Shown here in pieces: positions 18,433-21,186 of a stretch of 21,186 bases of DNA. Position 1 is the stretch's first letter. Every line of letters begins with the position of its first letter. Made by a program: the position numbers and the translations under genes. Below the pieces are notes generated by a model, which saw only the letters and a list, made by a program, of their open reading frames with translations, did no database searches and was not told the origin of the DNA. Source of the DNA: Bdellovibrionia bacterium (GTDB taxonomy: Bacteria > Bdellovibrionota > UBA1018); the NCBI GenBank assembly GCA_045805065.1, contig JBJMMA010000095.1, positions 1 to 21,186 on the forward strand. Direction: 5' to 3'.

Positions 18433-21150
18433 TTACTGTCCAAGCTTACGCGGAACAAGCGCAAGGGCTTCTTTGATCATCTCTTGAAGACCTGCTGGCT
18501 TGGTTCCACCTGCTTGAGCAAAATCAGGCTTACCACCGCCCTTGGCGTCAATCTTTGGCGCAAGTTCCTTGAGAAGATCAGCAGCGCTGAGTCCTTTTGG
18601 AGCTTGAGGGCCGATTGCCACGACAAGCGATGCTTTCTCGGCTTCAGGATCCTTCATTCCAAGAATGACGACTGAGTCTGGAGCCTTCTGCTTGATGCGA
18701 TCGCAGAGATCGCGAAGCTTCTTCATGCCAGTTGCGTCGGGAGCAGAAAGTCCTGCAACAACACGTCCGCCGCCATTGAGCGCCACAGCTTTGGAGAGAA
18801 GCTCATCGACTTCGTTTCCTGCAGCCTTGGCCTGGAATTGATCGACTTGCTTCTTAAGATCGCGCTCGCTGGCCATCATCTTGTCGATCTTGCCCAGGAT
18901 CTCATCCGTGGACGAGACCTTGAGCTGATCGCGGACGTTCAGAAGATCCGTATAGCGAGCGCTCAGGAAATCAAACGCACCTCTGGAGGTGTAAGCGATG
19001 ATGCGACGGACGCCCGCGGCGATGCCGCTCTCGTTTCCGATCTTGAAAAGATGAATCTCAGCTGAGTTGTCAACGTGGGTACCGCCGCAAAGCTCGGTGG
19101 AGAAATTGCCAACCGAGACAACGCGAACTTGATCGCCGTACTTTTCGCCGAAGAAAGCGATGGCGCCTGCGGCAACCGCTGCATCCTTGGACATCTCGCG
19201 CTTTTGAACAGGTTCAGCGCGCCAGATCTTCTCATTGATCATGGTTTCAACGCGCTTGAGCTCCTCGTCCGTCATGGGCTGAAAGTGCGAAAAGTCAAAG
19301 CGGAGCATGTCAGGCGCAACCACAGAGCCGGCTTGCTTGACGTGCTTTCCAAGGACTTCGCGAAGTGCCCAGTGGAGAAGGTGAGTTGCCGTGTGATTTC
19401 GAGCGGTGAGCGCGCGCACTTCGGTGTCTGTTTGCTGCGTATAAGTCCCACCCACACGGAGCGAGCCCTTCTTCGGGCGAACGTGCGCAATGATGAGATC
19501 TGCCACTGGCTTTTGAACGTCAATGACTTCGCCTTCGAAATCGCTGCCAACCACACGACCATGGTCACCGACCTGACCGCCGCTCTCACCGTAGAAAGGC
19601 GTCACATCGAAAACAACTTCGATGATCGGAGTGTCTTCAACCGCGCCGCCGGTCGCAGCAATCGGTGGAGTAGTGTAGAAATCAGCTTGTTGGAATCCTT
19701 TTTGTTGCGGGACCAGGATAGCCAGGCACTTGCCAGTGGCTTCGATGGCGTCATAGCCCACAAACTTTGGAAGCGCGTTTTTGGCCTTCAGATCATTTGC
19801 GACCTGCATATAGATCGCATTGATGGCTTCTTCGCCCGAGCCCTTCCAGGCTTTACGAGCGGTCTCGCGCTGACGGTCCATGGCTTTCTCAAAGCCATCT
19901 TCATCAACGGTAAGTCCCTTCTCGTTCAAAATCACGCGAGTGAGATCGAGCGGGAAGCCGAAAGTATCGTAAAGTTTGAAAGCAACGTCGCCTGGGAGAG
20001 TCTTGCTCTTTCCAAGTTTTGCGGTTTCCTCGTCCAGAAGTGCCAAGCCCTTCTCGAGAGTACGGAAGAATTGCTCTTCTTCGGCTTGAACGGCTTTTTC
20101 GATGAAAGCGCGCTTTTCAACAAGATCTGGATAAGCGTCCTTCATTTGATCGATGACGTATCCAGCGGTCTTGTGAAGGAATGGACCACTGAAGCCGAGC
20201 TTCTTACCGTAACGGATCGCACGGCGCATGATACGGCGAAGGACGTAGCCACGGCCTTCGTTGGATGGCATGACGCCATCACCGATCAGGAAAGCAGTTG
20301 CGCGAGAGTGGTCAGCGATCACGCGGAACGCAAAAGCGTTCTCGGATTTTGGATCGTATGGAGTTTTTGCGAGCTCTGCCGTCTTTCCAATGATCATCTG
20401 GAAAGCGTCGGTGTCGTAGTTCGTATCGACTTCCTGAAGAATGGAAGCGAGACGCTCAAGTCCTGCGCCGGTATCGACCGATGGCTTTGGAAGCGGGGTG
20501 AGTTTTCCAGAAGCGTCGCGATCAAATTGCATGAACACGAGGTTCCAGAACTCCATGTAGCGATCGCAATCGCAGCCCATGCCGCAAGTCGGCTTTCCGC
20601 AGCTGTATTTCTCACCGCGATCAATGAAGATTTCGCTGCAAGGACCGCAGGGGCCGGTATCGCCCATGGACCAGAAGTTATCTTTTTCGCCAAAGCGATA
20701 GATGCGATCGCGTGGGACACCTTCCTGGTTGTGCCAGATGTCAGCAGCCTCATCGTCTTTTTCAAAGACGGTGACATAGAGGCGATCCAAAGGAAGTTTG
20801 AGCTCTTTCGTCACAAACTCCCATGCAAAGTGAATTGCCTCTTTCTTGAAGTAATCGCCAAAGGAGAAGTTTCCAAGCATTTCGAAAAACGTGTGATGGC
20901 GCGCAGTGTAGCCAACGTTTTCCAAGTCGTTATGTTTGCCGCCTGCGCGAACGCATTTCTGAGAAGTGGTTGCTCGGGTGTATGGACGCTTGTCCTTACC
21001 CAAGAAGACGTCTTTGAATTGGTTCATGCCCGCATTCGTGAAAAGAAGCGTTGGGTCATTCTGTGGAACCAGCGACGAGCTATCCACGACCGTGTGACCG
21101 TTTTTTTCGAAGTATTTCAGGAATTTCGAGCGAATTTCGGCGGCTTTCAT
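18433..21150 (-). CDS. alaS: Alanine-tRNA ligase
   Basis: DPTLLFTNAGM, RHHTFFEMLGNFSFGDYFK, VDTGAGLER, GYVLRRIMRRA, FKLYDTFGFP, editing motifs NHTATH and ELCGGTH, GGGKPDFAQAGG. Confidence 0.99.
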   Translation of the reverse strand: MKAAEIRSKFLKYFEKNGHTVVDSSSLVPQNDPTLLFTNAGMNQFKDVFLGKDKRPYTRATTSQKCVRAGGKHNDLENVGYTARHHTFFEMLGNFSFGDYFKKEAIHFAWEFVTKELKLPLDRLYVTVFEKDDEAADIWHNQEGVPRDRIYRFGEKDNFWSMGDTGPCGPCSEIFIDRGEKYSCGKPTCGMGCDCDRYMEFWNLVFMQFDRDASGKLTPLPKPSVDTGAGLERLASILQEVDTNYDTDAFQMIIGKTAELAKTPYDPKSENAFAFRVIADHSRATAFLIGDGVMPSNEGRGYVLRRIMRRAIRYGKKLGFSGPFLHKTAGYVIDQMKDAYPDLVEKRAFIEKAVQAEEEQFFRTLEKGLALLDEETAKLGKSKTLPGDVAFKLYDTFGFPLDLTRVILNEKGLTVDEDGFEKAMDRQRETARKAWKGSGEEAINAIYMQVANDLKAKNALPKFVGYDAIEATGKCLAILVPQQKGFQQADFYTTPPIAATGGAVEDTPIIEVVFDVTPFYGESGGQVGDHGRVVGSDFEGEVIDVQKPVADLIIAHVRPKKGSLRVGGTYTQQTDTEVRALTARNHTATHLLHWALREVLGKHVKQAGSVVAPDMLRFDFSHFQPMTDEELKRVETMINEKIWRAEPVQKREMSKDAAVAAGAIAFFGEKYGDQVRVVSVGNFSTELCGGTHVDNSAEIHLFKIGNESGIAAGVRRIIAYTSRGAFDFLSARYTDLLNVRDQLKVSSTDEILGKIDKMMASERDLKKQVDQFQAKAAGNEVDELLSKAVALNGGGRVVAGLSAPDATGMKKLRDLCDRIKQKAPDSVVILGMKDPEAEKASLVVAIGPQAPKGLSAADLLKELAPKIDAKGGGKPDFAQAGGTKPAGLQEMIKEALALVPRKLGQ

Positions 21151-21186
21151 AGCTTACTTAATCGCAAATTGGAGAGGCGAAGGCAA

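Larger units (their letters stand above)
17311..18440. mobile_element. Putative integrase-less genomic islet inserted in the alaS 3' end
   Basis: Bounded by the direct repeats (offset 1148 bp). Contains palindromic repeats and one opposite-strand, more AT-rich gene. No recombinase gene. Confidence 0.6.

Noticed and set aside
20560..20610. Cys-rich CGKPTCGMGCDCD segment in AlaRS
   Set aside because: A common insertion in many bacterial AlaRS proteins; not novel.
3583..20777. Numerous long antisense or alternate-frame ORFs (e.g. 3583-4203, 8322-8972, 16437-17267)
   Set aside because: They overlap confident genes, lack motifs, and are expected from codon bias.

Overview
Bacterial chromosomal window, most consistent with a Bdellovibrionota-like predator (inferred from gene content). 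The core is a minus-strand cluster: pal, a DUF4398-like lipoprotein, cpoB, a UshA-like/tetraheme cytochrome fusion, tsaD, rsmA, DUF502, smpB, a long-chain acyl-CoA synthetase and rpoZ. To its left lie an S74-chaperone tail-fibre-like adhesin with a 43-triplet collagen stalk and a prematurely stopped type IB topoisomerase fragment. To its right lie a secreted HExxH peptidase, an SSB lacking its acidic tip, an FlgT-C-like protein, an HD-GYP protein, an orphan peptide-binding lipoprotein and alaS. The most notable observation is a second copy of the alaS 3' end, in the same codon register and with its own TAA, 1148 bp downstream. The two copies bracket an integrase-less islet holding two palindromic repeat units, a sigma28-like promoter and one secreted His/Cys (clan CD/DUF4347-like) protein. 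Several sigma28-like promoters and possible leaderless starts are also visible. All family calls come from motif recognition by eye; no searches were run.
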